Assembly: GCF_046119375.1 (NCBI RefSeq)
Contig: NW_027362767.1
Span: 247,442,001-247,506,000, forward strand
Length of the DNA: 64,000 nucleotides
Direction of reading: 5' to 3'
From: Phyllobates terribilis
Lineage: Eukaryota
Part shown: positions 15,368 to 27,100 of the stretch, piece after piece
Layout of the letters: the number at the start of each line of letters is the position of its first letter
How positions within the stretch are numbered: the stretch's first letter is position 1
Notes under the pieces: generated by a model
Database searches by the model: none
Told to the model about the DNA's origin: nothing
What the model saw: the letters and a program-made list of their open reading frames with translations, nothing else
Made by a program: the position numbers and the translations under genes

Positions 15368-16156
15368 TGTTACGGATCCGGGTGGTGGAACCTCTGTGCT
15401 GCGGTGCAAGGAGGGACCAGAGGGGCATAACTAGGTATCAACTCGGACTGACCAAGGTCGCACGGCGGCTCAATCGACTCCGTGAACCAGGGAAGGACCG
15501 AGCAGAGGGACCAGGTGCTACTCTGGACCAGTCCTTGTATGAGAGCAGGTGACTCCTATGGGACAGAAGGCAGGGACTGACCGGTACAGCAGAAGAGCAC
15601 AGCAGGCAGGCTAAAGGGGGATCCGGGTAGACGGACTGGCAGACTCCACGGGTAACTGGCAGGAGCCTCCAGGTAGGCTGGCTGGTAGGCACGACAGGTA
15701 ACTGGTATGTTCTCCGGGTAGACAGGCAAGATTGGCCCATAGACAGACTGGCGGGTTTGGACCGTAGGCAGACCGTCGGGCTGGAGAGTGTACTTGTTGG
15801 CGGAGACAGGTAGTCAGGCTGGCGGACTGGACTAGTAGTCAGGCTGGCGGACTGGACTGGTAGTCAGGCTGGCGGACTGGACTGGTAGTCAGGCTGGCGG
15901 ACTGGACTGGTAGGCTGGCGGACTGGACTGGTAGGCTGGCGGACTGGACTGGTAGTCAGACTAGCAGCGGGACCTTAGGGCTGAAGCAGAGTTTAGAACA
16001 CAAAGCTACAACCTTGCACGGGTACCTCCATTTTGGAGGAGATGCCTTTTATATGAGAAGTCCTCCGGCCATTGGCTGGGGACTCCTTATGACGGCGCGC
16101 GGTGGTAAGGGGAACGGCGTCTCTGCCTGTCAGGGGGCAGAGACGCCGATACTACA
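15368..16156 (-). repeat. 3' LTR of the Gypsy element (789 bp, 113-bp U3 deletion, internal 25-bp tandem repeats)
   Basis: Near-identical to 19808-20689 (about 9 differences in the first 250 bp compared). Contains GGACTGGACTGGTAGTCAGGCTGGC repeats. Confidence 0.95.
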
Positions 16157-19100
16157 GTACCCCCCACCCTTTACACCCCCTCTTTTTTAGGTCTGAAAGA
16201 ATTTTTTTAAGGAGAAGAGGGGCGTGGATGTTCTCCCTGGGTTCCCAAGTTCTCTCCTCTGGGCCAAACCCCTTCCAATCCACCAGAAAAAAAGGTTTTT
16301 CCTCTTACTCTCTTGGTGGCCAGAATGTTCTCTACCTCATAGACGTCCTCAGCGGAGACCGGAGCTGGGGAGGCACCTGGATCGTCGGAAAAATAATTAA
16401 GAACAACTGGTTTGAGGAGAGATACGTGGAAGGAGTTGGGAATCCGTAAGGTGGCCGGGAGTTTTAACTTGTAGGCCACTGGATTGATTTGCTTGAGGAC
16501 TTCAAATGGACCGATGAACCGTGGACCCAGCTCATAGGAGGGTATTTTGAGACGAACATGTTTGGAGGAGAGCCAAACCTTGTCTCCCGGACGGAATTGA
16601 GGTGGGTCCAGACGTCTCTTGTGGGCATGTCTCTTCATCCGCTCAGAGGATTGAAGAAGTGCGGATCTAGTGTCCTCCCAAATGGTGGAAAATTTGATGA
16701 CCAGAGACTCCGCAGCAGGGTTGTCCACTGAAGCGGAGACGGCAAACCGAATCCAGGGATCTTGACCGTAGACCACAAAGAACGGGGACTTGGAAGAAAA
16801 TTCGCTCTCATGGTTGTTATAGGAGAACTCGGCCCATGGTAAGAGCTCTGCCCAATCGGTATGGTGAGCGTTGACGAAGTGTCCGGAGGAAGCTGGTAAG
16901 GATCTGGTTGATACGTTCCACTTGGCCATTGGACTGTGGATGGTAAGCAGAGGAGAAATCCAGGGTGACATCCAGCAGCTTACGCATAGCTCTCCAGAAG
17001 AGCGAAGTAAACTGGACCCCGCGATCAGACACAATGTGGAGGGGTAGGCCGTGAAGACGGAAGATGTGATGGATGAAGTCCTTAGCCAGCACAGATGCAG
17101 ACGGGAGACCAGGCTGAGGGATAAAGTGGGCCATTTTAGAAAAGCGGTCAGCGACCACCCAAATGACAGTACAACCGGCAGAAACAGGGATATCAGTCAT
17201 AAAGTCCATAGCAATGTGTTGCCACGGGGCAGCAGGTACGGGAAGAGGCAGGAGATGGCCGGCTGGAAGATGTCTGGGAACCCTGTTGCGAGCACAGGAC
17301 GAACAGGCCGTGATGAAGTCTACCACATCCTTGAGCAGGGTAGGCCACCAGTAATGCCGGGTAATGAGCAGGAAGGTCTTCTTCTGGCCAGCATGGCCGG
17401 CTAGTTTAGACGAATGACCCCAGTGAAGAACCTTCTTACGATCCGGAACTGCCACAAATGTCTTACCAGGTGGGAGACGAGACAGGTCCAAGGGAGCCAC
17501 ATTCATCACTTTGGAGGGATCGATGACATGCATAGGCTCCTCCTCTAGATCGGAAGACAGGAAGGATCGGGACAAGGCGTCGGCTTTAACGTTCTTGTCC
17601 GCAGGGCGGTAAAGTAGGGGAAAGTTGAAGCGGGCGAAGAACAAAGACCACCGGGCCTGACGCGGATTGAGTCTTTGGGCATTCTGTAGATATGCAAGGC
17701 TTTTGTGGTCAGTGTAGATGACCACCGGATGCAGAGCCCCCTCTAAAGCAGGTAACGCCACTCCTCCAGCGCCAATTTGATGGCTAGAAATTCTCGTTCT
17801 CCTATGGAATAGTTGCGCACGTACGAAGAGAAGAGCTTGGAGAAGAAGCCGCAGGTTACCATTCTCCCGAACGGAGATTTCTGGGTGAGCACCACTCCGG
17901 CTACGGAAGAGGAAGCATCAACCTCCAGAAAAAACTGTTTGTTGCAATCCGGATGGTGCAGCACCGGGGCAGAAGAGAAGGCTTGTTTTAAGGAAAGGAA
18001 GGCCTCCTCCGCTTCAGACGTCCATTCCTTAGGATTTACTCCCTTACTGGTGAGCGCAGAGATGGGTGCAATCCAGGAAGAGAAATGTGGGATGAAGAGA
18101 TGGTAATAGTTAGTGAAGCCCAGGAATCGCTGAATCGCCTTCAACCCCTCCGGACGGGGCCACTTTAAGACGGCAGAGACCTTCTCGGGGTCCATCCGTA
18201 GAGCTGTCTTAGCGATAATATAGCCCAGGAACGGAAGAGAGGACTGCTCGAAGAGTCATTTCTCAAATTTTGCATATAGGTGATTCTGCCTGAGCCTAAG
18301 CAGGACCTGACGAACATCCCTCCGGTGTGTGGGAAGATCCGGAGAGAAGACCAAGATGTCATCCAGGTACACCACCATGCAAGAATATAAGAGGTCACGG
18401 AAGATGTCGTTAACTAGATCTTGGAAGACGGCTGGAGCATTACAGAGGCCGAAGGACATCACACGGTATTCATAGTGGCTGTCCCGGGTATTGAAAGCCG
18501 TCTTCCACTCGTCTCCTTGGCGGATCCGGACCAAGTTATACGCCCCACGAAGATCGAGCTTGGTAAAGATTTTTGCGCCATTAAGGCGGTCGAACAGCTC
18601 AGAGATGAGCGGCAGGGGGTATTTATTTTTGATAGTAATCAGGTTGAGTCCTCTATAATCAATGCAGGTGCGTAGTGAACCGTCTTTCTTTTTTACGAAG
18701 AAGAATCCAGCTCCAGCCGGGGAGGTAGATTTCTGGATGAATCCTCTAGCCAGATTTTCTTCGATGTACTCCGACATGGCCCGGGTTTTGGCCAACGACA
18801 AAGGGTAGATACGCCCACGAGGTGGAGTGGCACCGGGTACCAGGTCGATAGGGCAATCATATGGCCTATGAGGTGGCAATGTCTCTGCTTCCTTCTTGTC
18901 GAAGACATCTGCATAGGACCAGTAAGGTGCCAGTAGACCAGGTAAATTAGCCGGAGAAGACGGATGATGAACCGGGCGAACCGGAACCAGGCAGGTCTCA
19001 TGGCAATCCTGCCCCCAACAGAGCACCTCACCGGATTGCCAATTCAGAACGGGTTCATGTCTCTGTAGCCAGGGTAGACCTAGCAAAAGGGAGTGAGAGA

Positions 19101-19794
19101 GTCCGGATAGCACATGGAAGGAGATCCTCTCCGAGTGCAGCATTCCCACCTGAAGGGTTACGGGCTCAGTGACAAGCAAGATAGTCACTGGAAGGAGTCA
19201 TCCATCCACGGAAGCGACTGTCAATGGTTCAGCCAGAAGCAAGGGTACGGAACGGTATGGCATATTGGCCCACGATGAGACTCCCTTGGCGGAGACGGAG
19301 CAATGAGGAGGCAGTAGAAGTCCTTCGTCCGGGCTCATCGAAGACCCTCCGGAAGGCAGAGAGGAAAGCCGGATGGTCGGACACCAGGGAATCCCCTCTC
19401 TCCCATAGAGGGTTTAGCCATGCCAATGCTTCCCCGGTGAGGTGAGACATGATGAACGCCACCTTGGCCCGGTCGGAGGGAAACTGATGTGCCAGTAGTT
19501 CAAAGTGCAGAATGCACTGGTTCAGAAAACCCCGAAATAAGATGGGGTAACCCCAAAAAGAGGAGGCGCAGAGAGCCGGGGTCCTGAGCTGGATGCCGTG
19601 GTACTGGTAGGCAGAGGCGCTGACGGAGTGGGTGTCGCTCGACTCGAGGTGGGCACTGGTGGGACAGACAGAGTGTCCAGGCGAGAGTTGACAGACCGCA
19701 GGTAGGTCAGTATGGTTTCCTGTTGGGATCTCTGATGAGAAACCTCCTGGTACAGGTCAGCAAGCGAAGGAGCCTGGGGGCCACCGGGTTCCAT
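16157..19794 (-). pseudogene. Frameshifted gag-pol: partial Gag, C-terminal half of protease, RT (YLDD), RNase H, integrase (HHCC, DDE, GPF), chromodomain
   Basis: ORFs 19522..19794 and 19229..19462 (gag), 18256..19188 (PR end plus RT), 17743..18195 (RH, LEVDAS), 16817..17761 and 16207..17034 (IN). YEVENILATKRVRG..LVDWKGFGPEERTWEP chromodomain with a homopolymer frameshift near 16290. Confidence 0.93.
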
Positions 19795-19807
19795 GGCCCG
19801 TGCAAAC

Positions 19808-20689
19808 TGTTACAGATCCGGGTGGTGGAACCTCTGTGCTGCGGTGCAAGTAGGGACCAGAGGGGCATAACTAGGTATCAACTCGGACTGACCAAGGTCG
19901 CACGGCGGCTCAATCGACTCCGTGAACCAGGGAAGGACCGAGCAGAGGGACCAGGTGCTACTCCGGACCAGTCCTTGTATGAGAGCAGGTGACTCCCACG
20001 GGACAGAAGGCAGGGACTGATCGGTACAGCAGAAGAGCACGGCAGGCAGGCTAACGGGTGATCCGGGTAGACGGACTGGCAGACTCCACGGGTAACTGGC
20101 AGGAGCCTCCAGGTAGGCTGACTGGTAGGCATGGCAGGTAACTGGTATGTTCTCCGGGTAGACAGGCAAGACTGGCCCATAGACAGACTGGTGGGTTTAG
20201 ACCGTAGGCAGACCATCGGGCTGGAGAGTGCACTTGCTGGTGGAGACAGATAGTCAGGCTGACGGACTGGACTAGTAGTCAGGCTGGTGGACTGGATTGG
20301 TAGTCAGGCTGGCGGACTGGACAGGTAGTCAGGCTGGCGGACTGGTAGTCAGGCTGGCGTACTGGACTGGTAGTCAGACTAGCAGCGGGACCTGAGGGCT
20401 GAAGCAGAGTTTAGAACACAAAGCTACAACCTTGCACGGGCACCTCTATTTTGGAGGAGGTGCCTTTTATATGAGAAGTCCTCCGGCCATTGGCCGGGGA
20501 CTCCTTAGATCGGCGCGCGCGGCCCCTTTAAGAGGGAGGGAGCGCAAGCGTGCCCTATGCACGGTGCCTGGGAAGCTGCGAGCGCCGGCAGCAGTAGCAG
20601 CAGGAGAGCCAGAAGACGCCGGGCGGGGATCGCGGCGGTAAGAGGGACGGCATCTCTGCCTGTCAGGGGGCAGAGACGCCGATACTACA
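19808..20689 (-). repeat. 5' LTR of the Gypsy element (882 bp)
   Basis: On the minus strand: CCAAT near 20490, TATAAAA at 20471-20465 and a predicted TSS near 20441. Confidence 0.95.
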
Positions 20690-21109
20690 TACGACATCTC
20701 TGACAGAACTGATTCCTGACAGGAAAAACTGTTGCTCCCCTCTGGCCCAAACTCCTCCCCCTTTTTTAACTGGACCAATCAGCAACCGACTCCACTGGTC
20801 GCTGGGCAAACTTCTTCCTTCAACAATGAACTGCCATATTCACCCACTTATAACGTGCACTAAACTTCCTATACTCTAAACTCTGCCTTATCTTCTATAT
20901 ACTAGTAGGCCACCGCTGCCTATCAGCCCCAATATTCCTATCAATTCATAACTAAACACTAGGCAATATGCTATGCTTTCCCTATATACTATATATAAAT
21001 AACATTATACATTTCATTACACTACTGTCACAAGAAGACAAGAGACCCACAAACAACAAAAACTGTTTAGTAAGGGAGAGGAGCATGACAGCGTCTGTCA
21101 CCCCCTTAC

Positions 21110-24100
21110 ACCCACATCTGGGTGGACAATACATGGAGGGTGGCTACCGCTGGCCCCCGCATCTGGGTGGAGAATAGATGGAGCGTGGCTACTGCATGGC
21201 CCCATATCAGGGCGGAGAGTACATGGAAGGTGGCTGCCGCAGGCCCTCACATCTTGGCAGATGCCGCAGGCCCTCACACACATCTCGGGGGTGAATAGAT
21301 GGAGGGTGGCCGCCGCATGCCCCAATATCTGGGCAAACAATTCATGGAGATTGTCTGCCACTGGTCCCTATATCTGCGTGGAGGGTGGCCGCCGCTAGAC
21401 CCCACATCTGGGAGGAGAATACATGGAGGATGGCTGCCGCTGGAGCTCACATCTGGGAGAATACATGAAGGGTGGCTGCAGCTGGCCCCCACATTTGGCG
21501 GAGTTACATGGAGGATGGCTGCCGCTGGCCCCCACATCTGAGTGAAGAATACATGGAGGGTGGCTGCAGCTGGCCCTCACGTCTGGCGGAGAATACATGG
21601 AGGGTGGCCACCGCATGCCCCAATATCTGGGCAGAGATTACATGGAGGGTGGCTGCCACTGGAGCCCACATCTGAGGGGAGGATACATGGAGGGTGGCTG
21701 CCGCTGGAGCCCAAATCTGGGCGGAGAATACATGGAGGATGACTGCCCCTGTACCCCGCATCTGGGAGAATACATGGAGGATGGCTGCCACTGGCCCCCA
21801 CATCTGGGTGTAGAATACATGGAGGGTGACTGCCGCTGGCTTTCACATCTGGCGGAGAATACATGGAGGGTGGATGCCGCTGGCCCTCACATCTGGCGGA
21901 GGATACATGGAGGGTGGCTGCCCCTGGCCCCCACATCTGGGGGAGAATACATGGAGGGTGGATGCCGCTGGCCCCCACATCTGGGGAGAGAATACATGGA
22001 GGGTGGCTGCCGCTGGCCCTCACATCTGGGTGGTGAATACATGGAGGGTGGATGCCGCTGGCCCCCACACCTGGGGGGAGAATACATGGAGGGTGGATGC
22101 CGCTGGCCCCCCCATATCTGGTTGGAGAATACATGGGGGGTGGCTGCCGCTGGCCCCCACATCTGGTGGAGAATACATGGAGGGTGGATGCCGCTGGCCC
22201 CCACATCTGGGGGGAGAATACATGGAGGGTGGACGCCGCTGGCCCCCACATCTGGGGAGAGAATACATGGATGGTGGATGCCGCTGGCTCCCACATCTGG
22301 GGAGAGAATACATGGAGGGTGGCTGCTGCTGGCCCCCACATCTGGGTGCTGAATACATGGAGGGTGGATGCCGCTGGTCCCCACACCTGGGGGGAGAATA
22401 CATGGAGGGTAGCTGCCGCTGGCCCCCACATCTGAGTGGTGAATACATGGAGGGTGGATGCCGCTGGCCCCCACACCTGGGGAGAGAATACATGGAGGAT
22501 GGCTGCCGCTGGCCCCCACATCTAGTGGAGAATACAAGGAGGGTGGATGCCGCTGGCCTCCACATCTGGGGGGAGAATACATGGAGGGTGGATGCCGCTG
22601 GCCCCCACATCTGGGGAGAGAATACATGGAGGGTGGCTGCCGCTGGCCCTCACATCTGGGTGGTGAATACATGGAGGGTGGATGCCGCTGGCCCCCACAC
22701 CTGGGGGGAGAATACATGGAGGGTGGATGCCGCTGGCCCCCACATCTGGTTGGAGAATACATGGGGGGTGGCTGCTGCTGGCCCCCACATCTGGTGGAGA
22801 ATACATGGAGGGTGGACGCCGCTGGCCCCCACATCTGGGGAGAGAATACATGGATGGTGGATGCCGCTGGCTCCCACATCTGGGGAGAGAATACATGGAG
22901 GGTGGCTGCTGCTGGCCCCCACATCTGGGTGGTGAATACATGGAGGGTGGATGCCGCTGGTCCCCACACCTGGGGGGAGAATACATGCAGGGTGGCTGCC
23001 GCTGGCCCCCACATCTGAGTGGTGAATACATGGAGGGTGGATGCCGCTGGCCCCCACACCTGGGGAGAGAATACATGGAGGATTGCTGTCGCTGGCCCCC
23101 ACATCTAGTGGAGAATACATGGAGGGTGGAAGCCGCTGGCCTCCACATCTAGCATCTAGTGGAGAATACATGGAGGATGGCTGCCGCTGGCCCCCACATC
23201 TGGGGGGAGAATACATGGAGGGTGGATGCCGCTGGCCCCCACATCTGGGGAGAGAATACATGGAGGGTGGCTGCCGCTGGCTCCCACATCTGGGTGGTGA
23301 ATACATGGAGGGTGGATGCCGCTGGCCCCCACATCTGGGGGGAGAATACATGGAGGGTGGATGCCGCTGGCCCCCACATCTGGTTAGAGAATACATGGGG
23401 GGTGGCTGCCGCTGGCCCCCACATCTGGTGGAGAATACATGGAGGGTGAATGCCGCTGGCCCCCACATCTGGGGGGAGAATACATGGAGGGTGGACGCCG
23501 CTGGCCCCCACATCTGGGGAGAGAATACATGGATGGTGGATGCCGCTGGCTCCCACATCTGGGGAGAGAATACATGGAGGGTGGCTGCCGCTGGCCCCCA
23601 CATCTGGGTGGTGAATACATGGAGGGTGGATGCCGCTGGTCCCCACACCTGGGGGGAGAATACATGGAGGGTGGCTGCCGCTGGCCCCCACATCTGAGTG
23701 GTGAATACATGGAGGGTGGATGCCGCTGGCCCCCACACCTGGCGAGAGAATACATGGAGGATGGCTGCCGCTGGCCCCCACATCTAGTGGAGAATACATG
23801 GAGGATGGCTGCCGCTGGCCCCCACTTCTAGCATCTAGTGGAGAATACATGGAGGGTGGCTGCCGCTGGCCCCCACATCTGGGGGGAGAATACATGGAGG
23901 GTGGATGCCGCTGGCCCCCTCATCTGGGGAGAGAATACATGGAGGGTGGTTGCCGCTGGCCCCCACATCTGGTGGAGAATACATGGAGGGTGGCTGTCGC
24001 TGGCCCCCACATCTGGGGGGAGAATACATGGAGGGTGGCTGCCGCTGTACCCCGCATCTGGGAGAATACATGAAGGGTGGCTGCAGCTGGCCCCCACATC

Positions 24101-27100
24101 TGGCGGAGATTACATGGAGGATGGCTGCCGCTGGCCCCCACATCTGGGTGAAGAATACATGGAGGGTGGCTGCCGCTGGTCCTCACGTCTGGCGGAGAAT
24201 ACATGGAGGGTGGTCACCGCATGTCCAAATATTTGGGCAGAGATTACATGGAGGGTGGCTGCCGCTGGAGCCCACATCTGGGCGGAGAATACATGGAGGA
24301 TGACTGCCCCTGTACCCCGCATCTGGGAGAATAAATGGAGGATGGCAGCCACAGGCCCACACATCTGGCGGAGAATAAATGGAGGGTGGATGCCGCTGGC
24401 CCTCACATATGGCGGAGGATACATGGAGGGTGGCTGTCACTGGCCCCCACATCTGGGGGTAGAATACATGGAGGGTGGATGCCGCTGGCCCCCATGTATG
24501 GGGGGAGAATACATGGAGGGTGGATGCCGCTGGCCCCTACATCTGGGGGGAGAATACATGGAGGGTGGCTGCCGCTGGCCCCCACATCTGTGGGGAGAAT
24601 ACATGGAGGATGGCTGCCGCTGGCCCCCACATCTGGGGAGAGAATACATGGATGATGGCTGCCGCTGGCCCCCACATCTAGTGGAGAATACATGGAGGGT
24701 GGCTGCCGCTGGCCCCCACATCTGGGGGGAGAATACATGGAGGGTGGATGCCGCTGGCCCCCACATCTCGGGGGAAAATACATGGAGGGTGGATGCCGCT
24801 GACCCCCACATCTGGGGGGAGAATATACGGAGGGTGGACGCCGCTGGCCCCCACATCTGGGGAGAGAATACATGGATGGTGGATGCCGCTGGCTCCCACA
24901 TCTGGGGAGAGAATACATGGAGGGTGGCTGCCGCTGGTCCCCACACCTGGGGGGAGAATACATGGAGGGTGGCTGCCGCTGGCCCCCACATCTGAGTGGT
25001 GAATACATGGAGGGTGGATGCCGCTGGCCCCCACACCTGGGGAGAGAATACATGGAGGATGGCTGCCGCTGGCCCCCACATCTAGTGGAGAATACATGGA
25101 GGATAGCTGCCGCTGGCCCCCACTTCTAGCATCTAGTGGAGAATACATGGAGGATGGCTGCCGCTGGCCCCCACATCTGGGGGGAGAATACATGGAGGGT
25201 GGATGCCGCTGGCCCCCTCATCTGGGGAGAGAATACATGGAGGGTGGTTGCCGCTGGCCCCCACATCTGGTGGAGAATACATGGAGGGTGGCTGCCGCTG
25301 CCCCGCATCTGGGAGAATACATGAAGGGTGGCTGCAGCTGATTCCCACATCTGGCGGAGATTACATGGAGGATGGCTGCCGCTGGCCCCCACATCTGGGT
25401 GAAGAATACATGGAGGGTGGCTGCCGCTGGTCCTCACGTCTGGCGGAGAATACATGGAGGGTGGTCACCGCATGTCCAAATATTTGGGCAGAGATTACAT
25501 GGAGGGTGGCTGCCGCTGGAGCCCACATCTGGGCGGAGAATACATGGAGGATGACTGCCCCTGTACCCCGCATCTGGGAGAATAAATGGAGGATGGCAGC
25601 CACAGGCCCACACATCTGGCGGAGAATAAATGGAGGGTGGATGCCGCTGGCCCTCACATATGGCGGAGGATACATGGAGGGTGGCTGTCACTGGCCCCCA
25701 CATCTGGGGGTAGAATACATGGAGGGTGGATGCCGCTGGCCCCCATGTATGGGGGGAGAATACATGGAGGGTGGATGCCGCTGGCCCCTACATCTGGGGG
25801 GAGAATACATGGAGGGTGGCTGCCGCTGGCCCCCACATCTGTGGGGAGAATACATGGAGGATGGCTGCCGCTGGCCCCCACATCTGGGGAGAGAATACAT
25901 GGATGATGGCTGCCGCTGGCCCCCACATCTAGTGGAGAATACATGGAGGGTGGCTGCCGCTGGCCCCCACATCTGGGGGGAGAATACATGGAGGGTGGAT
26001 GCCGCTGGCCCCCACATCTCGGGGGAAAATACATGGAGGGTGGATGCCGCTGACCCCCACATCTGGGGGGAGAATATACGGAGGGTGGACGCCGCTGGCC
26101 CTCACATCTGGGGAGAGAATACATGGATGGTGGATGCCGCTGGCTCCCACATCTGGGGAGAGAATACATGGAGGGTGGCTGCCGCTGGTCCCCACACCTG
26201 GGGGGAGAATACATGGAGGGTGGCTGCCGCTGGCCCCCACATCTGAGTGGTGAATACATGGAGGGTGGATGCCGCTGGCCCCCACACCTGGGGAGAGAAT
26301 ACATGGAGGATGGCTGCCGCTGGCCCCCACATCTAGTGGAGAATACATGGAGGATGGCTGCCGCTGGCCCCCACTTCTAGCATCTAGTGGAGAATACATG
26401 GAGGATGGCTGCCGCTGGCCCCCACATCTGGGGGGAGAATACATGGAGGGTGGATGCCGCTGGCCCCCTCATCTGGGGAGAGAATACATGGAGGGTGGTT
26501 GCCGCTGGCCCCCACATCTGGTGGAGAATACATGGAGGGTGGCTGCCGCTGCCCCGCATCTGGGAGAATACATGAAGGGTGGCTGCAGCTGATTCCCACA
26601 TCTGGCGGAGATTAAATGGAGGATGGCTGCCGCTGGCCCCCACATCTGGGTGAAGAATACATGGAGGGTGGCTGCCGCTGGTCCTCACGTCTGGCGGAGA
26701 ATACATGGAGGGTGGCCACCGCATGCCCCAATATTTGGGCAGAGATTACATGGAGGGTGGCTGCCGCTGGAGCCCACATCTGGGCGGAGAATAAATGGAG
26801 GATGACTGCCCCTGTACCCCGCATCTGGGAGAATAAATGGAGGATGGCAGCCACAGGCCCTCACATATGGCGGAGGATACATGGAGGGTGGCTGTCGCTG
26901 GCCCCCACATCTGGGGGTAGAATACATGGAGGGTGGATGCCGCTGGCCCCTACATCTGGGGGGAGAATACATGGAGGGTGGCTGCCGCTGGCCCCCACAT
27001 CTGTGGGGAGAATACATGGAGGATGGCTGCCGCTGGCCCCCACATCTGGGGAGAGAATACATGGATGATGGCTGCCGCTGGCCCCCACATCTAGTGGAGA

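Larger units (their letters stand above)
15368..20689 (-). mobile_element. Ty3/Gypsy chromovirus-type (Tf1/sushi group) LTR retrotransposon, internally deleted
   Basis: LTRs at 15368-16156 (3') and 19808-20689 (5'), both TG...CA. 5-bp TSD TACGA (15363-15367 and 20690-20694). Polypurine tract next to the 3' LTR. Domain order gag-PR-RT-RH-IN-chromodomain. Confidence 0.97.

Noticed and set aside
15438-20778. Duplicated ORFs in the two LTRs (for example MGQSCLSTRRTYQLP... and RIRVVEPLCCGA...)
   Set aside because: They are incidental frames in LTR sequence, duplicated only because the LTRs are, and they show no protein motif.
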